Part shown: piece by piece, positions 1 through 7,765 of the stretch
How the letters are laid out: every line of letters begins with the position of its first letter
How positions within the stretch are numbered: the first letter of the stretch is position 1
The notes under the pieces: model-generated
Told to the model about the DNA's origin: nothing
The model's input: the letters and a program-made list of their open reading frames with translations, nothing else
Database searches by the model: none
Translations under genes and position numbers: made by a program
Assembly (NCBI GenBank): GCA_964405545.1
Contig: CAYOOH010000002.1
Coordinates: 1 to 32,511 of the forward strand
Length of the DNA stretch: 32,511 nt
Origin: an uncultured Candidatus Saccharimonadales bacterium
GTDB taxonomy: Bacteria > Patescibacteriota > Saccharimonadia > UBA4664
Direction of reading: 5' to 3'

Positions 1-1502
1 TCATAGTTGGTACGTTGCTTTCGGCGCAAAATCACCACCACAACTCCCGCGATAATGCCGAGCACGAGCAGAATAACCGCAATAAGCTCAAGCGGTAGCG
101 GCTTAGCCGCGTAGGCCAGGATGTAAGTCGGCTGACCAGTCGCCAGCTTGAACGTCAGCTCCCCTGTCTTGGCGTTATAAACCGCTCCCTTAACCTCACC
201 ATGGTCGCCGTTCTCGCCAGACACGAATACCGCCGGCTTCTTTAGATTCTTAATGATCGATTTTAGCTGGTATATCCAGGTCAGGGGTTTACTGAACGTA
301 CTAACCACGTCCCCCTCCCCCGTCTTACACAAGAACACATACGCGCCGGCCAGCAACGGTCGGTCCTTACTCCCCAAGTCCTGCCTGCTGTCCTTAGCCA
401 CACTACACTGCGCCTCATCCGCAAGCGCCCCCTGCGGCACCAGAACCGACACCACCTGGTCATCACTCATGTAAGTTGTATCCGAGTCATGAGTATTGTC
501 GCTAAAGGTAGGCGTGGCCGCATCCGCCAAAGCGTAGTCAGAACCATTTCCGGCCCCATCCACAGCCCGCAGCCGATAAAAATAATGGGCGCTAAAAGCT
601 ACCGAATCATCAGTGTAGGCCAACGCCACCAAATCACCGCCTACCCGCGACCAATCGGATTGGTTAAGCGACCGCTCAAGCTGATAACCTGTCACATCAG
701 TCGCCCCGGCCGGCACCTGCCACGACAAGTCAATTACGGCGTTTGTACTCGAGGCCAGCGCCTGGAAAGCCCCTGGCGCCGCCGGTGGAGATGTATCCAC
801 CGTCCCGCCTGATCCACTCCCCGATCCACTACCTCCGCCCGTCGTCGGTCTGGGCTTAGGCGTAGTCGGCTTAGGTGTAGTCGTCTGTGGCTTAACGGTC
901 ACCGTGGGCGGTGGGGTTGGCGGTTTAGGCGTTGCAGTCTTGGGCGAAGGAGTCGGCGTCTTGGGAGTCGGCGTAGGCGTCTTAGTCGGCGCCGGAGTCG
1001 CTTTCACCAAGAATCGCAAGTCATAACCCGTATCAACCGACCGGTCATAGAGCCGAGCATTTTGATTACAGCCAGTATTGTGGTAGCAATTAATACCGGC
1101 GACTTGCGATTGATAGTTCTTTTGACCGGCCGCTTTAGCCTCAGAGGTCATATTAGGCGAATCATAATAAGTGACATTGGCTGGCGCACCACTTTGGTAC
1201 GCGACACAAAACCAACTCCATTGCGGCAATGTAAAAGCAAAACCACCCGTAGAGTTCGTCACCACCGTACCATTGCCATTACAAAGCGCCAGCGTCAAGC
1301 CCGCAATGCCCGCCCCAGTATCTTTATTGTAAGCCTTGCCCTTAATAGTGGCATTAGTCGCCGCCGAACCACTTCGAAACTGCAGGCCCAGCACGACCGA
1401 CACGCCCATAATCAGCACAAGCAACAAAACGCTAAAACGCTGCCGATTTACCTGAAGTTCGCGCCGATGATGTTCGAAATGGGGCAACTCGTGCTGGGTC
1501 AT
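1..1502 (-). CDS. Membrane-anchored cell-surface protein, partial (C-terminal end runs off the window). It has a signal-anchor, a carboxypeptidase-regulatory-like beta-sandwich, a Pro/Thr linker, a fibronectin type III-like domain and a C-terminal TM anchor.
   Basis: Absent from the supplied ORF track because there is no in-window stop. Manual minus-strand translation from ATG 1502..1500 stays open to position 3. Sequence read: MTQHELPHFEHHRRELQVNRQRFSVLLLVLIMGVSVVLGLQ.. IKGKAYNKDTGAGIAGLTLALCNGNGTVVTNSTGGFAFTL.. TPAPTKTPTPTPKTPTPSPK.. PPAAPGAFQALASSTNAVIDLSWQVPAGATDVTGYQLERS..YFYRLRAVDGAGNGS.. LIAVILLVLGIIAGVVVVILRRKQRTNY. Domain names are assigned from motif resemblance only. Confidence 0.7.
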   Translation of the reverse strand, partial: MTQHELPHFEHHRRELQVNRQRFSVLLLVLIMGVSVVLGLQFRSGSAATNATIKGKAYNKDTGAGIAGLTLALCNGNGTVVTNSTGGFAFTLPQWSWFCVAYQSGAPANVTYYDSPNMTSEAKAAGQKNYQSQVAGINCYHNTGCNQNARLYDRSVDTGYDLRFLVKATPAPTKTPTPTPKTPTPSPKTATPKPPTPPPTVTVKPQTTTPKPTTPKPRPTTGGGSGSGSGSGGTVDTSPPAAPGAFQALASSTNAVIDLSWQVPAGATDVTGYQLERSLNQSDWSRVGGDLVALAYTDDSVAFSAHYFYRLRAVDGAGNGSDYALADAATPTFSDNTHDSDTTYMSDDQVVSVLVPQGALADEAQCSVAKDSRQDLGSKDRPLLAGAYVFLCKTGEGDVVSTFSKPLTWIYQLKSIIKNLKKPAVFVSGENGDHGEVKGAVYNAKTGELTFKLATGQPTYILAYAAKPLPLELIAVILLVLGIIAGVVVVILRRKQRTNY

Positions 1503-1508
1503 GAATCT

Positions 1509-1514
1509 AGTATA
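1509..1514 (-). promoter_or_regulatory. -10 box (TATACT) 6 nt upstream of ATG 1502
   Basis: The minus strand reads GCGCTATACT AGATTC ATG, inside the 25-nt spacer after the PAP2 gene. Confidence 0.4.
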
Positions 1515-1527
1515 GCGCAAATGTTTT

Positions 1528-2388
1528 TTAGGCTTTAGCTTTTCGTCGGCCTTTATCTCGGCCCCACAGCAGCCACTTCTGTTTCCGCGCCCGCTGACTC
1601 TCCTGGGCCAGCTCCTCCGGCACCACTTTATAAAACGACAATCCAACCGCCACTCCCCACAACAGACCAACCACAATTACCAGCTCGGGCCACATCCGCC
1701 AACCCAGATAGCTTGCCCGCTCATACACCAGAACCATACTTCCGAGCCCCAGCCAACCCACAGTCTGGGTCAACACCAGAACTCGGCGCAACACCTGTTT
1801 GATAATCTTAGATCCTCGGTACCGACGGCCCACCCACAACCGAACAACCACCCCGCCCACGAGCATAACAGCAAACACCACCGCGTACGCCAGCATCTCG
1901 GGCCGGCTAGGGAGACTTTGGGCGAACGTCATGAGCCAACCCAGTCGGTCATAGTTAAACAGTCCCGCCAGCACCACGCCCACAATCGCCCCCACTGTCA
2001 CTTCTTGGGGTTGGTGGCCCAAGATCTCGCGCAAATGCACAGCCGGTCGATCCAATCTAACCCGATTGCGCTCTAAGCTGTCGATCAACATATTAATCGC
2101 CACCGCCTGTTCACCCGTTGATCGCCGAACCCCAAACGAGTCGTACATCACAATAGCCGCAAAAATCGCCGCAAAACCAAATAGGTGGCTACCGGCGCCA
2201 TCTATAAGCAGGGCGGTTGTGGCCAACGAACACACCACCGCCGAATGTACACTCGGCATCCCACCCGAGGCATAAAGATAGCGAAAATTGATCCGACCTT
2301 TAAATGCCGCGATTGCAAACTTGGCCACCTGCGCCACGGCCCACGTTGCAAACGGAACTACAATGTAGGGATTATAAACCACCGCCAA
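1528..2388 (-). CDS. Divergent PAP2 family (DUF212/YuiD-like acid phosphatase-related) membrane protein with an extra C-terminal multi-TM extension
   Basis: 286-aa ORF. The family signature GGMPSVHSAVVCSLATT..FAAIFAAIVMYDSFGVRRSTGEQAVAINML matches the GGMPSSHSA..VMYDA.GVRR..G.QA pattern of PF02681-type proteins. About 130 extra hydrophobic residues follow the core. The tracked start is TTG 2388, but AGGAG sits 6 nt upstream of GTG 2382, which is the more likely start. Confidence 0.82.
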   Translation of the reverse strand: MAVVYNPYIVVPFATWAVAQVAKFAIAAFKGRINFRYLYASGGMPSVHSAVVCSLATTALLIDGAGSHLFGFAAIFAAIVMYDSFGVRRSTGEQAVAINMLIDSLERNRVRLDRPAVHLREILGHQPQEVTVGAIVGVVLAGLFNYDRLGWLMTFAQSLPSRPEMLAYAVVFAVMLVGGVVVRLWVGRRYRGSKIIKQVLRRVLVLTQTVGWLGLGSMVLVYERASYLGWRMWPELVIVVGLLWGVAVGLSFYKVVPEELAQESQRARKQKWLLWGRDKGRRKAKA

Positions 2389-2463
2389 CTCCTAAAATAC
2401 CTTGCTATTGTAACGTTTTTTCGTCAGCCACAACAGATCACTCAACTAGTGACGCCGCAGACG

Positions 2464-4713
2464 TTAACGCCGGCGCAACTTGCGGTCAACCGAAGCCATC
2501 ACCCCCGCCAGCAACATGACAACCGCCGACAGCCCAAACAGCATGCTCATGTCCCGACCCTTAGCTTGAGCGGCCGCCCTAGCAGATACCGGCTGCTCAG
2601 CAGCTGCGGTCAGTACTCGGCCGCCAGAAGCAGCAACATCGGGAGTCGGTGCAGCCATCGCGCTCGCGGACACTCCGCTCGACGCGCCCATCGACGAAAC
2701 AGCCACAGGGTCTAGTCCCACTTCCGGCATAACGGCTGCCGCTATTACATGAGCCGCCAAAGGAGTGTTTCCGGCCTCCGAATCATGATTCAGGTCACCC
2801 GTCCAGCCTCCCAAGACGTTGATCACTAGCACCCCAAACCAGTGCTTAACATTCAAAACCGAGTTAACAATATTGGCCACGCTCGAAGTCGCCTGAGCGT
2901 TACCCGTTGATACATTACCAACATTGGTGTTCTGGCGAGCCACCGCGTCACCAGATTGAGCTTCGACATTGACATTATTAGTGATAGTGCCAACTGACTG
3001 AGCGTTAATATTCGTATTGGTCGAGTTGCTGACCGATGACGCATTATTGGAGTCCGCGCCAGTAGTACTCACCTGAGCATTGCCGGTTAGCAACGCCGAA
3101 CCAGTCGCTCCCCCACCCGGTACCGTCATAATCTTGCCAACCCAGTGACCCAAGACATTCACAATCACCAGCACTGCATTGTCACCAAAGATTGAGCTAT
3201 TAGCCAAATTGAACAGCCCCTGAGTGGTATTAGCGACACCCGTAGTAAGATTACCCGCCGTGGTATTAGCCTCAGCGCCAACCGATCCGCTAGTCGCTGA
3301 CGTTGTAATGTTGTTAGCGACTGCTGTAGTGGCGGTGTTATTGATGGTCGTCTGACCGCTGTTACTAACGCCTGCTTGATTAGTCGAGTCAGCACCAGTA
3401 CCGCTCACGCTAGCCGAACTGGGCGTAGCACTCGATGGCACGAGTCCGTTCAAGAAACCGTCCGGGAACAAGATGTCGCCGTTCAAGGTGCCAAAGATGT
3501 TCAAGATGCCAAAGAACGAGCTGCCCGAGCTAATAAACGAGCTGATGAGATTGACAATGTTAGCCTCAGCAAAAACGTTACCCGTAGCAACATTGCCGAC
3601 ATTGGTGTTCCGGCTAGCCGTCGCATCACCAGACTGAGCCGTTAGGTCGACATTATTCACAATATTACCCTGACTCTGAGCGTTTACGTTCAAATCGCTT
3701 GTATTGGTGACGGCCGCACCATTGGTAGAATCGGCCCCCGTCCCACTAACGCTAGCGCTACCGCCCAGCTGACCACCCCCGGTCTGGCTGCCTTCCGTCG
3801 GATTCAAAACAATGTCACCGGTGCAAGTCTGGTTAACCTGGCAAAGTGTTTGGGTAAAGAAATTCAAGTTACCGTGCGCCCATGACCACGCCGAAGCCAA
3901 CAAATTAAACAAGTTGGCAATCACGCTAACCGTACCGGTCGACAGATCACCGGCATGAGTGTTAGAATCAGCCGCTACGTTGCCCGAGCTTGCAGCACTC
4001 TGAAGTGTGTTAATGACATTGACCAAGTTAGTCAAGTCAACCCAGTTCTGCCCGCTGTTGGTAATTTGACCTTGGTTGGTCGATCCCGGTCCTGTCGATG
4101 ACACAATGATACTGTTTTGGCCCTCAAGCAACCCCAATGCCTGAGCCATCTGATAATCCTGCGACCCGACCGTTAAATCCCCCAAGGTCGTATGCACCAC
4201 GCTGGGAGCCGTAAGCATACCCTCTGGAGCTGGCTGGCCTACCGGAATAATCTTGTACCAACCGGTACGACCATCATAGTAGTACTTGGGAGACAAGTAG
4301 TAACCGGTAGTTTTATCACAGCTAAAAGACGCCTTGTCGGCCGCCACCCACTTACTGGTAGCCACATCATAAACCCAGTCAGGGATAGTCCCCCCGCACC
4401 CATCCGGACCTACGTCCGTCGACTTGTGTTTTGGCTTGGGGGTCGTCGATGGTGTCGGCTCCGGAGACGGACTAGCGCTCGGCTGGGGGCTAGGAGAAGG
4501 GGTCGGCGATACCTCGGGGCTGGGTGTTGGGCTTGCCTCAGGAGTCGGCGAGGGACTTGGACTAACGCTAGCCTCCGGGCTTGGCGATGGTGTTGATTCT
4601 GGCGAATCCGCCAAGCCAACACCAGCCCATCCAAGCTGGCCCATCAACAGAACACTTAATGTCAGAATTGAAACTAATCGTTGTTTTTTCACCGGTAACT
4701 GCCTCTCCCCCAT
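2464..4713 (-). CDS. Large secreted/anchored repeat protein (749 aa). It has a signal peptide, a Pro/Ser/Thr linker, a small Cys/Tyr/Trp-rich domain, four tandem units of about 113 aa and a C-terminal TM with a basic tail.
   Basis: Signal peptide KKQRLVSILTLSVLLMGQLGWAGVGLA, then a SPSPSPTPEASPTPSPEV linker, then GYYLSPKYYYDGRTGWYKI, which loosely resembles a cell-wall-binding repeat. Repeat heads are STGPGSTN (aa 206), SGTGADSTN (323), SGTGADSTN (437) and STTGADSNN (549). The C-terminus is MSMLFGLSAVVMLLAGVMASVDRKLRRR. Confidence 0.75.
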   Translation of the reverse strand: MGERQLPVKKQRLVSILTLSVLLMGQLGWAGVGLADSPESTPSPSPEASVSPSPSPTPEASPTPSPEVSPTPSPSPQPSASPSPEPTPSTTPKPKHKSTDVGPDGCGGTIPDWVYDVATSKWVAADKASFSCDKTTGYYLSPKYYYDGRTGWYKIIPVGQPAPEGMLTAPSVVHTTLGDLTVGSQDYQMAQALGLLEGQNSIIVSSTGPGSTNQGQITNSGQNWVDLTNLVNVINTLQSAASSGNVAADSNTHAGDLSTGTVSVIANLFNLLASAWSWAHGNLNFFTQTLCQVNQTCTGDIVLNPTEGSQTGGGQLGGSASVSGTGADSTNGAAVTNTSDLNVNAQSQGNIVNNVDLTAQSGDATASRNTNVGNVATGNVFAEANIVNLISSFISSGSSFFGILNIFGTLNGDILFPDGFLNGLVPSSATPSSASVSGTGADSTNQAGVSNSGQTTINNTATTAVANNITTSATSGSVGAEANTTAGNLTTGVANTTQGLFNLANSSIFGDNAVLVIVNVLGHWVGKIMTVPGGGATGSALLTGNAQVSTTGADSNNASSVSNSTNTNINAQSVGTITNNVNVEAQSGDAVARQNTNVGNVSTGNAQATSSVANIVNSVLNVKHWFGVLVINVLGGWTGDLNHDSEAGNTPLAAHVIAAAVMPEVGLDPVAVSSMGASSGVSASAMAAPTPDVAASGGRVLTAAAEQPVSARAAAQAKGRDMSMLFGLSAVVMLLAGVMASVDRKLRRR
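2794..4101 (-). repeat. Four tandem coding repeats of about 113 aa in the 749-aa protein (a polar module of about 65 aa plus a hydrophobic or aromatic segment of about 45 aa)
   Basis: Repeat heads at aa 206, 323, 437 and 549 give a period of 112-117 aa. Conserved positions are TG[AP][DG]S.N, [AQ].SG[DNS] and NT..G......G. The hydrophobic tails include LISSFISSGSSFFGILNIFG, VLVIVNVLGHWVGKI and WFGVLVINVLGGWTGD. Confidence 0.8.
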
Positions 4714-4769
4714 TAGACGAACATAATATGTCTAAGACTGTAATTATACACAAATATCAGATGATTGCT

Positions 4770-4789
4770 GACGAGGGCAAGCCCTCGTC
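4770..4789 (-). terminator. Stem-loop immediately downstream of the 195-aa module protein gene (terminator or mRNA stabiliser)
   Basis: GACGAGGG CUUG CCCUCGUC is an 8-bp stem in the minus sense. A TATAAT box (4743-4748) lies just downstream and could re-initiate transcription for the 749-aa gene. Confidence 0.45.
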
Positions 4790-4806
4790 ATAACTACAAA
4801 CCGACT

Positions 4807-5394
4807 CTAGTTGTGAAGAGAAAGGGTAGTAGTGGTGGTGCTGGTGTTACCAGCGTTGCCCGAAGTCAAGCCACCGACATTGGTGTTCTTGTAGGCACTG
4901 ACGTTACCGCTCTGAGCGGATTGCAGGTTGGTGTTCTGGACCTCAACAACGTTGACGTTGGTGGTCTTAACCGACTGCTTATTGCTTACATCGACCTTGT
5001 TGCTGGAATCAGCGCCAGTGTCGGAGATGGTTACGCTCGGCATGTCCATCGACATACCAGCCAAAGAACCAAGAACATCGGCCCCGCCGTTGGTCACAGC
5101 CACGGTCGTGGTGGTCATGTTGTTGTTGGTAGCATTACCGGAACCGTTGGAACCGGTAACGTTGGTGTTCTTGTCAGCCTTGACGTCACCAGAGGCAGCG
5201 CCCTGAGCGTTTAGGTTACCTACGCCAACCTCGTTCAGGTTGGTGGTGCTAACACGGCTGCTGTTGCTCAGCGTAACGTGGTTGTGCGAGTCGGCGCCCG
5301 TGTCACCAACAGAAACGGAGCTAGCGGCTGCAAAGCCAGCCAGGCTCAAACTTGCCATACCAATGGCGGCGTAACGAAGTACAGATGCTTTCAT
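4807..5394 (-). CDS. Small secreted protein (195 aa) made of two copies of the TGADSxN...SG...NTNxG module; candidate major subunit of the surface operon
   Basis: Signal peptide MKASVLRYAAIGMASLSLAGFAAASS. The two modules are VGDTGADSHNHVTLSN..AASGDVKADKNTNVTGSNGSGNA and ISDTGADSSNKVDVSN..AQSGNVSAYKNTNVGGLTSGNA. A good SD (AAAGGA) lies 7 nt upstream of the ATG. GC hairpins flank the gene on both sides. Confidence 0.75.
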   Translation of the reverse strand: MKASVLRYAAIGMASLSLAGFAAASSVSVGDTGADSHNHVTLSNSSRVSTTNLNEVGVGNLNAQGAASGDVKADKNTNVTGSNGSGNATNNNMTTTTVAVTNGGADVLGSLAGMSMDMPSVTISDTGADSSNKVDVSNKQSVKTTNVNVVEVQNTNLQSAQSGNVSAYKNTNVGGLTSGNAGNTSTTTTTLSLHN

Positions 5395-5434
5395 CTGAAG
5401 TCCTTTCGTTTAATGTTAATTTGGATCTTAGTAC

Positions 5435-5450
5435 CGGGCCCGAGGGCCCG
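5435..5450 (-). promoter_or_regulatory. All-GC intercistronic hairpin upstream of the 195-aa module protein gene
   Basis: CGGGCC CUCG GGCCCG (minus sense) lies in the 64-nt spacer between 5459 and 5394. Confidence 0.35.
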
Positions 5451-5458
5451 CGCTCTGG

Positions 5459-5947
5459 CTAGTTCGACGAGTTATCCGAATAGCTTGAGCTAGCACTAAA
5501 GACATTGGTGCTTGAGAAGCTCGTCGACGTTCCATGGTCGGTCGAGCTGAAAATCTGCGTTGAGTTCCAGCTATTACCATCATTAGACTGGACGTCCACC
5601 TTCAGGTCATTACCATTCTGATTCGAAGAAACGCTAGAGTCGTCCCGAGAACTAGCCGAAATGGTCGTTTGGCCAGCCGAGACATGCACCTTGGCCTTAC
5701 CGGGAGACAACTCCATAGTCGCCTCACCGTCCGGGCCGACTACAACGCGCCGACCATTAACCATCACCTGAGGCGTCGGACTTGGTGATGCCTCGTGAGC
5801 CGACACCGAAGTAGTGTTGACGGCCGACGGAGACGCGGGCGAGCCCGACTCGGCCATACTCACTGCCGCCACTGCCAATGTCAACGGCACCGCAAGCAAC
5901 AATTGGGGACCTAGCTTCTTGATCTGTTTCGAACGTGCTTCATTCAT
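5459..5947 (-). CDS. Secreted Ser/Thr-rich protein (162 aa), unknown function
   Basis: N-terminal signal peptide KKLGPQLLLAVPLTLAVAAVSMA and a Ser-rich C-terminal half. The start lies 2 nt after the stop of the upstream gene, so it belongs to the same operon. Confidence 0.6.
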   Translation of the reverse strand: MNEARSKQIKKLGPQLLLAVPLTLAVAAVSMAESGSPASPSAVNTTSVSAHEASPSPTPQVMVNGRRVVVGPDGEATMELSPGKAKVHVSAGQTTISASSRDDSSVSSNQNGNDLKVDVQSNDGNSWNSTQIFSSTDHGTSTSFSSTNVFSASSSYSDNSSN

Positions 5948-5949
5948 AA

Positions 5950-6612
5950 CTAAACCTTTCCCTCTTTGCGCCGTCCATAGACGGCAGTACCAACAGCTCC
6001 AGCCAAGCTAAGCAAAGCAGCCAGAGTCAATACCAGACCAGCAGCCGTACTCGTCTGCTTAGCGACGGACACCGGCAAAACCGGACGCCCTGCATCAAAA
6101 GCCGCCCGCAAAGCCGATACATCTACCGGACTCAATGGACCCGTTACTGGCAAAACCGCGCTTCCCGCACCACGGCCAGCCGAAACGCCGAGAACACTGC
6201 CATTCTGACCTGCAACCACGGGAGCGCTGTTGTCATTCGACGGTCCACCGCCACCAGGCGTTTGATCGCCACCCTGCGGAGCGCCACCATTGGTATCATT
6301 CCCAATGCTCACCACTTGGCTGGTTGTGTTATTGTTGGTCGCCTCACCCGAGACAAGTCCGGTCGAGCCGCCAGCATTTGTGTTACTAGAGACTAGCACA
6401 CTACCCGAGGTCGAATTCTGCAAACTCTCGTTGGCAATCACCACGGTATTAACATTCGTTGTCGAGCTGTCAGTCACATTAGTGATGGATACCTCATTAT
6501 CCGAGCCGGCTCCCGTGTTAGTCACATCAGTACTGGCAAATGCTCCACTTGCAAGCGTCAAACTAAGACCACAGGCAACCGATAACGATCCTGCAAATCG
6601 CATAAACTTCAT
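5950..6612 (-). CDS. Secreted/anchored protein (220 aa) with one TGAGSDN...SG...NTNAG module, an LPVTG motif and a C-terminal TM with a basic tail
   Basis: Signal peptide MKFMRFAGSLSVACGLSLTLASGAFA. Module: VTNTGAGSDNEVSITN..STSGSVLVSSNTNAGGSTGLVSGEA. LPVTG is at aa 154-158 (nt 6139-6153). The C-terminus is AAGLVLTLAALLSLAGAVGTAVYGRRKEGKV. A strong SD (AAAGGAGGAA) precedes the ATG, and the start overlaps the upstream stop (TAATG at 6612). Confidence 0.75.
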   Translation of the reverse strand: MKFMRFAGSLSVACGLSLTLASGAFASTDVTNTGAGSDNEVSITNVTDSSTTNVNTVVIANESLQNSTSGSVLVSSNTNAGGSTGLVSGEATNNNTTSQVVSIGNDTNGGAPQGGDQTPGGGGPSNDNSAPVVAGQNGSVLGVSAGRGAGSAVLPVTGPLSPVDVSALRAAFDAGRPVLPVSVAKQTSTAAGLVLTLAALLSLAGAVGTAVYGRRKEGKV

Positions 6613-7586
6613 TACAATTCCTCCTTTCTAAAAGCATTGGGGACAAAAAACATCATTTTGGAAATTTCGTTTCTGACACCATCAAAAATCGAGCCCTGGC
6701 AGTGCGCTAGCGACAGTACAGAACTCGATAAAAAGGGTGTAGCAAAAGGAAAAACCATCTTAGTGGAACTCACGGTATCGCTTCGTGCAGCATGAGCAAA
6801 CCCAGATCTCCGCATCCATGCGCCGTAGCTAGAAACAAACAACTGAGTCGCCAGCAACAATAAAGCAACAGGAGCAAGCGCCAACTCGCCAAGCTCAGTT
6901 CCCTTGGTCAAAAAGCCAACCAAAACCGGCACCACGGTCGCCGCCAAGCGAGCTGTTAAACTACCAAAGAGACCCGTAGCCTTAGGCTTAACAGGGGCCT
7001 TAGTCGGCTCAGGTAGCGACGGCATTGTCGAAGCCAAGTCCTCAACAACCGGAGCAGTCCGGTTGGTAATCGTGGGTTTAACGATCAAAATTGCCGAGCG
7101 ATAACCGGCCGACCGCTGACCCGATATTGCAACCGGTACCGCAATAGTAACCGAGGCTTGAGCCAAAGCTGCCTTGCCCACCATCTCCGAACCCGGTTTA
7201 GCCGCAGCTAAATCCGCCCCACCGGCATCAGGCAACGTTTCTTGACTCGGCAATTGCTTATCCAACTCAGGTCCTATTGCCGAAGACTGAGGAACCACCT
7301 GATCCGAAGTCGCAACCGTAGAGGAGCTATCGCTCGATGCATCAGCCTGACCCTCCGTCTCCTTCGCCTGACCCACAATCGGAGCAGCTAAGCTTGAGCT
7401 AGAGGAGAGGATGGTCTGCTCATTCACTTGATCCGAAATAATCTGCATACCTACCGATTGAGTAGTCGTAGTCGCACTGCCATCAGCAGCAAGAGCACTA
7501 CCACTCAATACCAACGCCACACTGCCACCGGCAGCGAGCCCAACCACAAGCTGAACAGACGTAACTAACCTCATGCGACCCTTCAA
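6612..7586 (-). CDS. Secreted/membrane protein (about 320 aa), first gene of the surface operon, unknown function
   Basis: Signal peptide MRLVTSVQLVVGLAAGGSVALVLSGSALA, a Ser/Ala/Gln-rich middle region and C-terminal hydrophobic segments (LAATVVPVLVGFL, LALAPVALLLLATQLFV). The tracked start is TTG 7586. ATG 7574, preceded by GAAGGG, is the more likely start. Confidence 0.55.
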   Translation of the reverse strand: MKGRMRLVTSVQLVVGLAAGGSVALVLSGSALAADGSATTTTQSVGMQIISDQVNEQTILSSSSSLAAPIVGQAKETEGQADASSDSSSTVATSDQVVPQSSAIGPELDKQLPSQETLPDAGGADLAAAKPGSEMVGKAALAQASVTIAVPVAISGQRSAGYRSAILIVKPTITNRTAPVVEDLASTMPSLPEPTKAPVKPKATGLFGSLTARLAATVVPVLVGFLTKGTELGELALAPVALLLLATQLFVSSYGAWMRRSGFAHAARSDTVSSTKMVFPFATPFLSSSVLSLAHCQGSIFDGVRNEISKMMFFVPNAFRKEEL

Positions 7587-7765
7587 ATCAGCCAGTTTTA
7601 CGAGACATATCTGGACAGAAACATTATCCAGATTAGACGCAACCCCTGTTCGTCACATTGGTTATTATGACAAAAGATTTATCTATTTAGGACTAAATTA
7701 TAGTAATTTTGCCCATAAAATTTACCTATTGGTCCTAGTTTCAATCTATCTGAAGCTATCTGGGG

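Noticed and set aside
253-1538. Plus-strand ORFs 253..474, 489..812 and 1062..1538
   Set aside because: They are antisense to a continuous minus-strand frame (1..1502) whose translation shows a signal-anchor, an FN3-like domain and a TM anchor. The plus-strand translations are Arg/His/Pro-rich and featureless.
6139-6153. Canonical LPXTG sortase signal in the 220-aa protein
   Set aside because: LPVTG is present, but the hydrophobic segment and basic tail lie about 40 residues downstream rather than immediately after the motif. It is reported only as a non-canonical candidate.
7587-7765. AT-rich 180-bp spacer between gyrA and the surface operon as a possible small RNA
   Set aside because: It contains only promoter-like boxes (TATAAT, TGTCATAAT) and one weak 5-bp hairpin. 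It is best explained as the promoter region and 5' UTR of the surface operon.
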